Positions 8,414 to 16,944 of a stretch of DNA of 64,000 nucleotides are shown one piece after another. The notes under the pieces are model-generated. The model ran no database searches and was not told the origin of the DNA. It worked only from the letters and a program-made list of their open reading frames with translations. Both the position numbers and the translations under genes were made by a program. This DNA is from an uncultured delta proteobacterium. Lineage in GTDB: Bacteria; Myxococcota_A; Polyangia; Haliangiales; Haliangiaceae. Numbering within the stretch: position 1 is the stretch's first letter; every line of letters begins with the position of its first letter. The DNA lies in assembly GCA_963743525.1 (NCBI GenBank), contig CAVUQH010000004.1, forward strand, positions 320,001 to 384,000, read 5' to 3'.

Positions 8414-11377
8414 CAGCCCGCGGGGGTGCCGCGCACCGCCGCCGCGGCCGGGCTGTTCCACAGGGTGTGGAAGTCGTGGTCGGCGAGGGAGCCGAGGGCC
8501 GGGTGTGCGTAGTTGACGGCGTGGACGGTGCCGTCGGGATCGACGCAGGCGATCGCCCAGGGGGCGCGGCAGGGGTGGATGCGGGCGCGGTTGGCGTAGT
8601 CGTCGGCGTCGCGGAAGGCGAGGACCTCGGGGTGGCCGGCGGCCTGGCAGCGACAGAGGGTCGGCGGTGCCAGGTGGTTGACGAGGACGATGCCCGAGCC
8701 CGACAGCTCGTCGGAAAGTGCACGGACGGCGGCGCGCATCTCGGACGCCCGCGGGGCGACCAGGTCGCGGCGGGCGAAGGCGTTGATCGGGTAGGTCTCT
8801 TCGATCTTGAGCCAGTCGAGGCCGAGGTCGCGGGCGAGGCGGCCGAGCGCGGCGAGCTCGGACAGGTTGCCGCGGCCGACGACGGTGGAGACGCCGACGC
8901 GGAGATTGGCGCGGGTGCGGGCGCGGAGGTCGAGGAGGGCGCGCACGTTGGCGAGGACGACCTCGAGGCTGGCGCCGGTGCGGGTGGCGTCGTTGGTTGC
9001 GGCGGTGGCGCCGTCGATGGAGACCATGATGCTGGACAGGCCCAGGTCGAGGAGCCCGCGGGCGCGCTCGGGGGTGAGCAGCATGCCGTTGGTCGCCAGG
9101 TGGATGACCGGGCCGGAGCGCGGACCGCGCGCGCGGCGAATGGCGCGGAGGACGTCGTCGAGCTCGGGGGCCACCAGCGACTCGCCACCGTGGGTGAAGG
9201 CGACGTAGTCGGCGGCGGCGAACGGCTCGCGCAAGGCGTCGAGCACCCACGGGCGGATGGTCCGCGCCCTGCCCTCTCGCGTGCGCGCCGGGGCACCGGT
9301 GATGCAGTGCCGGCAGCGCAGGTTGCACGCCTCGGTGACGGTCACGTAGAGCATCGTCGGCAGCGCCGGTGATTCGGCCATGCCGGCGCGGGCGGCGCGG
9401 GCGGCGAGCTCGGTGTTGGCGACGGCCAGCGCCAGGTCGAGCGGCGGCGGCGTGCGGTCGAGGACGGCGCCGGAGCGCGGGCCCAGGACCAGCTTGCCGT
9501 CATCAACAGCCGCGCGCCCACAGACCAGGGAGAGCTGGCCGGGCACGGCGCCGACCGCGAGAGTGACTTCGGTGTCGCCGCGGTTGAGGATCACGTCGCA
9601 GATGGAGTCGCCGGCGACCCGGCGCACGGCGAAGACGTCGTCGGTGGCACCGTCCAGCGCCAGCGGGAGCTCGTCGCCGCGGCGCAGCGCGCGGTGGCGG
9701 CGGCGCAGCGCCAGGGCGCCGGTGACCAGCTCGAGGGTCTCGTGGTCCCAGTCGTCCGGGCGCCACGGCATCGGCTGCCGGTCGGGCCACGAGTCCTCGA
9801 AGGCGCGCTCGGGCTGGTCGGACGCCAGCCCGATCTCGTCGCCGTAGTAGAGCATCGGCACGGCGGCGCCGGTCAGGATGCGCAACAGGCCGAGCCGCGC
9901 GAGCCGCGGGTCGCCGGTGACGGTGCCGACGCGCGGGTGGTCGTGGGTGCCGGTGAAGCCGATGGCGGTCCAGCCCGGCCCACCGCGGCGAAAACGCCGG
10001 CGCCGGGTCTCGGCGGCCAGCTCGCCGGCGGTGATGGTCCCGCGCGCCAGCCAGTCCATCAGCGCCTCCCGCGACGGCGAAGTCGGTGGCGGCGTCGACG
10101 GCGCCGGCCGTCCAGCGCTCGATGTGTGCGGGCACGATCTCGCCGAAGACCACGGCGTCGGGACTAACGGCGCGCACCGCGCGGCGGATACGCCTGCACA
10201 GCGCTCGCGGCACGTCGGCGGCGGCGTCGATGCGGAAGCCATCGATGCCGGCCCGCGCCCAGCCGACGAAGGTGCCGACCAGATAGTCCTGCACCTCGGG
10301 GTTGTCGGTGTCGAGTAGCGGCTCGCGCCACTGCCCCTTCTGGTAGTGGCGATAACCCGGCCGCAGTCCGGATGCGAACGGGTGCGCGTAGATGTGGAAC
10401 CAGTCCCAGTACGCCGACGCCGGCCCGCGCTGGGCGACGTCGACGAACGCCGAGTGGCCGCGATCGACGTGGGTCACCGCGACGTCGGCGATCACCCGCA
10501 GCCCGCAGCCGTGGGCTGCCGCGAGCAGATCGAGCAGCGCCGATTCGCCGCCCAGCTCCGGCGCCACTCGCCGCGGATCGACGGCGTCATAGCGGTGAGT
10601 CGACGGCGACGGACAGATCGGTGTCAGGTGAATCACCGTGACGCCGAGCTCGCACAGGTGCGGCAGCGACTCGATCACGCCGCGCAGATCACCGCCGCAG
10701 GCGCGATCGCGCTGCCAGCCGGCGTTCGCCGGCCAGGTGCCGGCGCCGGCGCCGCGGCGGAAGCGGTCGACCAGCACGGTGTAGACCACCGCGTCGCGCC
10801 ACCACGCCGGAGCGTCCGCGCGCAGGCGACGTGGGGCGACGCGGAAGCCCTGCCCACCCGCACCGACGACCTCGCCGCCGGCCAGCACGAAGCTGTAGTC
10901 GACCCGGCTGCCGGCGCCGGGCAGCGCGGCCTCGAACAGCAAGTGCTCGTCTTCTTCGCCGACCCGGTGCATCCACACTGCGCGCGGCCCGTCGCCTTCA
11001 TCCCAGCGGAGCTGCAGCCGATCGCCGGCGCCGCGGCGCAGCCCGGCGCGAACGATCAACCGCCCGTCGTCGTCAACAAAGGAGTACGGACGAGCCGGCA
11101 CGTGTAGCACCGGCTCGTCCGTACCGCCCACCACCAGGAGTGAATTCCTGTGCCCGCGCGCCGACCGGGTGCGACCGTTGGACGGGTCCAGGCGCCAGTC
11201 GTCGTCGCCGTGGCGAAACTTGTACTCGTAGATTCCTACGTCGAGATCGAGATCGGCCTCGAGCCAACCGGCGCCTGCGTCGCTCATGGCAGACGATCGG
11301 CTCCAACAGCTCATTTCACCGCGGAGCTCGGCGACGGACGCCGGCGGCCCGGGCCGGTATCGAATCAGCGTCTTCAC
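8410..11377 (-). CDS. CBM48-like + GH13 (neopullulanase/cyclomaltodextrinase-like) + radical SAM/Twitch-like fusion protein; one frameshift at about 10073 inside the GH13 domain
   Basis: GTG start overlaps the PHP stop. GH13 regions GFRIDAAADV, VFGEIVP, FTGTHDHPR and YYGDE. Continues without a stop into CNLRCRHC (9304-9327), THGGESL, LATNG, VSIDG and CRAPW..VDPDGTV. Confidence 0.8.
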
Positions 11378-12264
11378 GCGCTGGCGCGAGCGCTCGTGCG
11401 CGCGGCCTCCCGGTCGGCCGGCGAGCCGGCGAAGATGCGCTCCACGGTGCGGCGGGGAGTCCCGCACGGCGGATGCGCGTAGGTTCCGCGCTGGTGGTCG
11501 TCCGACGACGCCGTCCAGTGCTTGTCCCGCGCCTCCGCCCACGCCCGCAGCTCGGCCGCGTAGCCGGGCTGGTGGCGCGAGGTGTAGACCTCGACGCCCG
11601 AGGCGAAGTCGAGGATCGACTGCATCCTCCCGCGGTCGCGCGCCCGCGCGGAATGGGCGACCACGTCGAGGGCGCCGTCTGCGCGGATGACCTCGATCAG
11701 CTCCTCCGGCGTCCAGCCGAACAGCTCGGCGTCGTCGAGGAAGTGGCGCTGATGGGCGTGGAACAGCGGCAGCAGCACGCGGTTGTGCTGGTGCACCAGC
11801 TCGATCATCGACTGCAGCGCGGGGAACTCGGCACCGACCAGGGTGCGCAGATTACCGTGCGGGTCGAGCGGCTCCGAATCCCACGGCGGCAAGCCGTCGA
11901 GCCAGGTCAGCACGTGCTCGCGCCAGCGGCGGTGGAGCACGCCGGCGCGCCGGGCCAGCACGGTGCGCCACAGGCTGCCGTCGGCCAGCATCGACGGCGG
12001 GAAATAGGCGAGGATGTGGATCTGCTCGGCGTCGGGGTTGCCGAAGTGGATGAACGAGCTCGTCTCCATCGCCGGCACCAGCACCAGCCCACTGTCCTCT
12101 GCCGCGGCTGCCGCGCGCGGCACCCCGGCAAAGGTGTCGTGGTCCGACAGCGCGATCACCTCGAAGCCGCGCTCGGCGCGGTGGGCGACGTACTCCTCCG
12201 GCGACGCCTTGCCGTCGGAGAAGAAGCTGTGGCCGTGCAGGTCGGTGGCGACGAAGCCGTCCAT
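11374..12264 (-). CDS. PHP-domain metallophosphoesterase
   Basis: Motifs DLHGHSFFSDG, ALSDHDT, HILAY, VVAHS and SSDDH. TGATG and GTGA overlaps with both neighbours. Confidence 0.85.
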   Translation of the reverse strand: MDGFVATDLHGHSFFSDGKASPEEYVAHRAERGFEVIALSDHDTFAGVPRAAAAAEDSGLVLVPAMETSSFIHFGNPDAEQIHILAYFPPSMLADGSLWRTVLARRAGVLHRRWREHVLTWLDGLPPWDSEPLDPHGNLRTLVGAEFPALQSMIELVHQHNRVLLPLFHAHQRHFLDDAELFGWTPEELIEVIRADGALDVVAHSARARDRGRMQSILDFASGVEVYTSRHQPGYAAELRAWAEARDKHWTASSDDHQRGTYAHPPCGTPRRTVERIFAGSPADREAARTSARASA

Positions 12265-13208
12265 CACTGCACCACGGGGGCGCGCTCGACGCGGTAGTTG
12301 AGGCCGTTGTTGTTGGCCCAGAAGCCGTATTCAGTGGCGTCGTTGACCACGCCGTGCTGGTACTGCACCGCGTACTCGAACGCCTGGATGTCCGAGCCCG
12401 GAAGGTCGACATCCATCTCCCACAGCTCGCCGCCGTAGACGTCTTCGACCCAGTGCCAGCTGTTCTTGTCGCCCGGCGCGCCCATGGCGAAATCGAGCAC
12501 GTTCTGCCAGCCGTCGGTGGTGGCGACCATGCGGATCTTCTTGTCGTAGTCGAGGTCGGCGATCCACAGCGACACCTTGCCGTGCACGCCGGTGTCGTCG
12601 ACGGCCACCGTGTTGTTGTAGGTGTTGACCCGGATGATCTGCTGGTCGGGGCCAGCGTTGATCACGTGGTACTCACCCTGATTGTCGTCGTAGTAGGTGT
12701 GGTACGCGCCGTCGCGGTAGAAGGCGTCGAAGGTGAAGAAATCGCGCCACGAGGGAAGGCTGACCCGCACGTGCCACTCCTCGTAGCCGTTGTCCCAGGT
12801 CTGGAAGTAGTAGCCGTACGCAGTCTGCTCGATGTTGTCGAACGGATTGCGGTAGACGACGCCGACCTCTTTGTCGTCGAGGTTGGCGCCCTGCACCGGC
12901 TTGACCCGCAGCTTGAGGATCACGTCGACGCTGCCGCAGCCGAAGCGGGTGTTGGGATTGGCGCACTCGGCCCAGAACTGGCCGAAGTACTTGACCATCT
13001 CGACGTTGCGCTGGCCTTCGTACTGGACCCAGTCGGCCTGCTCGTGACCACCGACATCGGGCTGGTCAACGCAGGCGGTGTTGCCCAGGGCGAGAACGCT
13101 TGCCAGTGCCGAACCCGACGCCAGCAGGCTGGTGCGAGTGCGGGTGCGCTGAAGGGCGCGGGCAAACAGGTGGTCGATTCCGTTCTTCTTCTTGTCGCGG
13201 ATCTGCAC
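12264..13208 (-). CDS. Putative lipoprotein with tandem CBM21-like starch/glycogen-binding domains
   Basis: GGAG RBS and GTG start; hydrophobic stretch ending GNTAC. IADLDYDKKIRMVATTDGW...FEYAVQY...FWANNNGLNY resembles CBM21, with a degenerate copy before it (..YYDDNQGEY). Confidence 0.65.
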   Translation of the reverse strand: MQIRDKKKNGIDHLFARALQRTRTRTSLLASGSALASVLALGNTACVDQPDVGGHEQADWVQYEGQRNVEMVKYFGQFWAECANPNTRFGCGSVDVILKLRVKPVQGANLDDKEVGVVYRNPFDNIEQTAYGYYFQTWDNGYEEWHVRVSLPSWRDFFTFDAFYRDGAYHTYYDDNQGEYHVINAGPDQQIIRVNTYNNTVAVDDTGVHGKVSLWIADLDYDKKIRMVATTDGWQNVLDFAMGAPGDKNSWHWVEDVYGGELWEMDVDLPGSDIQAFEYAVQYQHGVVNDATEYGFWANNNGLNYRVERAPVVQ

Positions 13209-13251
13209 AGGGGGTCTCCGGTTGGGGGGTGGGAGTGTGCGACCGCTCGCA

Positions 13252-13266
13252 GCAAACCGCGCGCCA
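13252..13266 (-). promoter_or_regulatory. Putative sigma54 promoter (TGGCGC-GCGGT-TTGC)
   Basis: Near-consensus -24/-12 upstream of the CBM21-PHP-GH13/rSAM operon. Confidence 0.65.
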
Positions 13267-13337
13267 AGCAGAGCCGTCGCCGCAACCCCGCGCGCCCGCA
13301 CGCGAAATCCACACACGCGGCGGCCACAGGCAGGTGC

Positions 13338-13380
13338 CGTTGCCAGCGGCAGCGGCCCCCGCGTTGCCAGGCGCAACGCG
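13338..13380. promoter_or_regulatory. Tandem palindromic sites CGTTGC-N5-GCA(G/A)CG (candidate EBP upstream activating sequence)
   Basis: CGTTGC-CAGCG-GCAGCG at 13338-13354 and CGCGTTGC-CAGGC-GCAACGCG at 13360-13380. Confidence 0.6.
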
Positions 13381-13471
13381 CTCGCCCGGCGCGCACCACA
13401 AACGCGTAATCGCGCAGACACGGTCAACGGCGAATGGAACTGCGCGGTCCCGGCGTTATGCTCGCGCCCCG

Positions 13472-14113
13472 ATGCTGCAGCTCATCCTCGGCAACAAGAA
13501 CTACTCCTCCTGGTCGATGCGCCCCTACCTGGCCCTGGCCCACACCGGCGCTCCGTTCGAAGAGCAGGTCATCCCGCTGTTCGAAGAGGGCTACAAGGCG
13601 CGCATCCACGAACAGGTGCCCAGCGGCCTGGTGCCGGCGCTGCGCGACGGCGACCAGCTGGTCTGGGATTCGCTGTCCATCTGCGAATACCTGGCCGAGC
13701 GGTTCCCCCAGGCCCACCTGTGGCCCGCCGATGCCGGCGCCCGCGCCCACGCGCGCTCGGTCAGCTGCGAGATGCACGCCGGCTTCCTGGCGCTGCGCCG
13801 CGAGATGCCGATGAACCTGCACCGCAGCCGGCCCGGCCAGGGACGGACCGATGCCGCGCTGGCCGACATCGAGCGGGTCACCGACATCTGGAGGGACTGC
13901 CTGCAGCGCTACGGCGGGCCGTTTCTGTTCGGCAGCTTCACCATCGCCGACTGCATGTACGCGCCGGTCGTCACCCGCTTCCTCACCTACGGCGTGGAGA
14001 TCGACGACGCCTGCCGCGGCTACATGGACGCGATCATGGCCTTCCCGCCGATGGTCGCCTGGCACCAGGCCGCTCGCGCCGAGCCGTGGACGATCGCGCA
14101 GTACGAAGAGTAG
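13472..14113 (+). CDS. Glutathione S-transferase family protein
   Basis: GNKNYSSWSMRP, VPAL, DSLSICEYL and FTIADCMYAP. Confidence 0.9.
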   Translation: MLQLILGNKNYSSWSMRPYLALAHTGAPFEEQVIPLFEEGYKARIHEQVPSGLVPALRDGDQLVWDSLSICEYLAERFPQAHLWPADAGARAHARSVSCEMHAGFLALRREMPMNLHRSRPGQGRTDAALADIERVTDIWRDCLQRYGGPFLFGSFTIADCMYAPVVTRFLTYGVEIDDACRGYMDAIMAFPPMVAWHQAARAEPWTIAQYEE

Positions 14114-14117
14114 CCGA

Positions 14118-15793
14118 CTACTTCGGCATCAAGATCAGCGCTTCGCGCGGCGGAATCGACAGTGCCACCGTGCCGTCCGCGTCAACGGTCACCGCCCGCG
14201 CGCCGTCGGTCAGCCGGTCGAACCAGCTCCGTGCCCGGGTCGAAGCCGGTCGGCACCCGCGTCTCGGCGCGGTCGGTCGGATGACCGTTGACCGCAACCA
14301 GCACCCGGTCGTGGGCGGTGAATCGTTCCCACGCCAGCAGCCCGGCGCCCGGACCGTGGTCGCGCGCGCTGATGTCGCTGGCGTAGACGACGCGCAGCTG
14401 ACCGCGGCGCAGCGCGGTGGACGCGCGGCGAATCTTGGCCAGCCTGGCGATGTAGCGGAACGTGTGGCCGTCCTCGCGGAAGCCGCTCTGCCACATCACC
14501 TCGCGCGAGGCGTTGCCCCAACCGCCGGAGAAATCCTGCTCGGTGCCGTAGTAGACGGCGGGGATGGCATCGACGGTAAAGATCACCGTCATCGCCAGGT
14601 CGGACACGTACGGGTCGTCGATCCAGTAGCGCAGCCGCGGGATGTCGTGGTTGTCGGCGAACGCCACCCGCGCCTGCCACGGCGATAGGCCGATGCCGTA
14701 CGGCTGCGCCTGCGTCGGGTAGTACTGGCGGTAGCTTTCCAGCGCCGGCGCCGCGTCGGCGGCGGCAAAGCCGTCGAGGATGAAGCTCTCGATCACCTGG
14801 CCCTCGAGAGAGAAGTCGAACACCGAGTCGAGACCGCCGGAGACGGTGTAGCCGGCCAGCCGCGTCGGGTCGCCGTCGAACACCTCGCCGAGGAGCAAGA
14901 ACCTGTCCTTGCCCATGGTCGCCAGCCGCTCGCGCAGCTCGCCGGCGAACTGGCTCCAGAAGCCGTGCGGCGCGTGGGGCACCGCGTCCAGGCGGAAACC
15001 GTCGAACGTCGGTCAGCGCCACCCAGCGGGCGTAGGTGTCGACCATCGCCTGGACCACCGCCGGGTTCTCGGTGTCGAGATCGCGGAGGCCGGTGGGGAA
15101 GTCGCCCAGCTCCTTCTGATCCTGTGATCCGTCGCTGAACTGGCCGCGGCGGTGAAAGTCGTCCGGCCCCAGCGCGCGGGTCTCGCCGTCGTCGCCGACG
15201 AACACCTGCGGCGGATCGACCAACCAGCCCAGCGGCGCGTCGTACGGCCCGTCGGCGGAGAACGGCGGCTCGGACTCGCCGGGGTCCATGGTGCCGTCGC
15301 CGTCGAAGTCGTAGTAGAAGACGCGGCCGGCGTGGTTGGCGACGATATCGACGATCACCTTCATGCCGCGGATGTGGGCGTCGTCAACCAGGCCGCGCAG
15401 GTCGTCGAGGGTGCCGAAGTGCGGGTTGGTCCGGGTGAAGTCGGAGGCCCAGTAGCCGTGGTAGCCGTCCTGGTAGTCGGTGCGCTCGATGTTGTCGACC
15501 ACCGGAGAGATCCACAGCGTGGTCACGCCGAGCCGCTGCAAGTAGCCCAGGCGCCGGCGCAGACCGGCCCAGTCGCCGCCCTGCCAACGCGCGAGGTCAC
15601 CCGGCCTGGTGCCGATGGAGCCGACCCGGTCGTTGCTGGGGTCGCCGTTGTCGAAGCGGTCGACGATGACCTCGTAGATCACCTCGTCGCGCCAGTCGTC
15701 GACGTGGGTCGCGATCGGCGGCGCGTCGCCCACCGCACACGCCGCCAGCGAAGCCAGCACCGGCAAGAACAACGCCGCGCGCCGGCCGAGCAT
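14118..15793 (-). CDS. Lipoprotein alpha-amylase (GH13), two +1 frameshifts (about 15005 and 14221)
   Basis: Lipobox SLAAC; GYHGYW, DIVANH, then after correction DVDGFRLDAVPH, LGEVF, ADNHD and YYGTE. Corrected C-terminus ends ALILMPK* at 14118. Confidence 0.85.
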
Positions 15794-15796
15794 CGC

Positions 15797-16336
15797 CTAG
15801 TTCACGCCCCCGCAGGTATCGATGACGCTGTTCACGCCACCGAAGCCGTCGTCCTCGGTCGTCGGGTTGTCGGGGTCGGCGATCCAGGTGGTGCCGTCGA
15901 TGACGAACTTGTAGATGTGGTGGCCCGAGCCGATCTGGCCGCTGCGCGTCCACTGGTCGCTGCCCGACTTGGTCATCTGCCAGGCGCCGGCCGCCACGGT
16001 CGTGGCCCAGCTGGTGAAGTCGCCGGTCACCCAGACCGACGACGCGGTGGCGTTGGTGTAGTGGAAGGTCACCAGGTCGCACGGCGGCGCGGCGTCGGGC
16101 AGCTGGGCGTCGGGCACCGCGGCGTCGGCCAGCGAGCCGGTGCCGCTGTTGCCGCCACAGCCCACGCCGCTGGCGCCACCGCCCGAGGTGCCGCTGGCGC
16201 CGCCGCCACAACCACCGGCGTCGCGGAAGCCGGGGTACGGCGGAGCATCGGTGGTCTGATAGCCCCCCGCGTCGGGGGAGCTGCCGTTGCTCAGGAGGCA
16301 TCCCGAGAGGAGAACGACCAGCGGCAGGAGGCGCAT
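15797..16336 (-). CDS. Lipoprotein with a single CBM48/glycogen-binding domain
   Basis: Lipobox LLSGC and a Gly-rich linker. VWVTGDFTSW...YKFVIDGTTWIADPDNP...DGFGGVNSV closely resembles the CBM of the 1279 amylase. Confidence 0.8.
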   Translation of the reverse strand: MRLLPLVVLLSGCLLSNGSSPDAGGYQTTDAPPYPGFRDAGGCGGGASGTSGGGASGVGCGGNSGTGSLADAAVPDAQLPDAAPPCDLVTFHYTNATASSVWVTGDFTSWATTVAAGAWQMTKSGSDQWTRSGQIGSGHHIYKFVIDGTTWIADPDNPTTEDDGFGGVNSVIDTCGGVN

Positions 16337-16349
16337 GTGGCAGGAGTTA

Positions 16350-16364
16350 TCAAGGGATATGCCA
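16350..16364 (-). promoter_or_regulatory. Putative sigma54 promoter (TGGCAT-ATCCC-TTGA)
   Basis: 13 nt upstream of ATG 16336; same GCGGAGCTGGCA context as 1228-1239. Confidence 0.5.
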
Positions 16365-16433
16365 GCTCCGCGGCACCGGCTTCGCGCCCTTGGCGGCCCC
16401 GGCTGTGCCAACTCGGCGCGCGCCTGGCCCCAC

Positions 16434-16454
16434 CGCGTTGCCGATCGCAACGCG
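16434..16454. promoter_or_regulatory. Palindrome CGCGTTGC-CGATC-GCAACGCG (candidate EBP site)
   Basis: 8-bp perfect arms, intergenic, about 70 bp upstream of the promoter. Confidence 0.6.
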
Positions 16455-16465
16455 CCGGCGAGCGC

Positions 16466-16858
16466 CTACTTGGCCGCGGCCAGTGGTTTGGGACAGCCGG
16501 CCAGCTCCTGCCGGCTGCGCGCTCGGAGGATGCAGTTGCCCTCGTCCCGGGTCAAGCGCAGCGACTTGCACGCCGCGACCGCCCTGCCCTCGAACGCCTC
16601 GCGCTGCTCTTTGGGCGCGTAGTTCGACAGCGTCAGGTAGCCGACCTTGCGCGCCACCTGCACGCAGTCGGCGGGCGGCGGACGCACGCACAGATCGCTG
16701 AGACAGATCAGACCGTCGTTGCAGGTGCCGTTGCCGTAGCACGCCCCGCGCTCGCTACCGGCCGCCGGCGCGGCGTTGCTCGGGTCCTTGGCGCACGCGC
16801 CACTGATCAACGCGGCGACCAGGACCAGTAGCCTGCCGAGAAACCCGATCGATCTCAT
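16466..16858 (-). CDS. Cys-rich hypothetical lipoprotein
   Basis: Lipobox ISGAC and several Cys (CYGNGTCNDGLICLSDLC). Confidence 0.75.
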   Translation of the reverse strand: MRSIGFLGRLLVLVAALISGACAKDPSNAAPAAGSERGACYGNGTCNDGLICLSDLCVRPPPADCVQVARKVGYLTLSNYAPKEQREAFEGRAVAACKSLRLTRDEGNCILRARSRQELAGCPKPLAAAK

Positions 16859-16944
16859 GCCCCCGATGAAATGGTAGCCCCCCGCGCGCCGTCCGGTAAG
16901 GGTCCGGCACGCGGATTCCCACCGGTGGTATTCTCCCGGGTCGG

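Noticed and set aside
8410..9382. Radical SAM domain as a separate gene or as a RiPP maturase
   Set aside because: It is in frame with the GH13 C-terminal half, has no visible RBS before the internal ATG, and no precursor peptide or PqqD-like domain is recognisable nearby.
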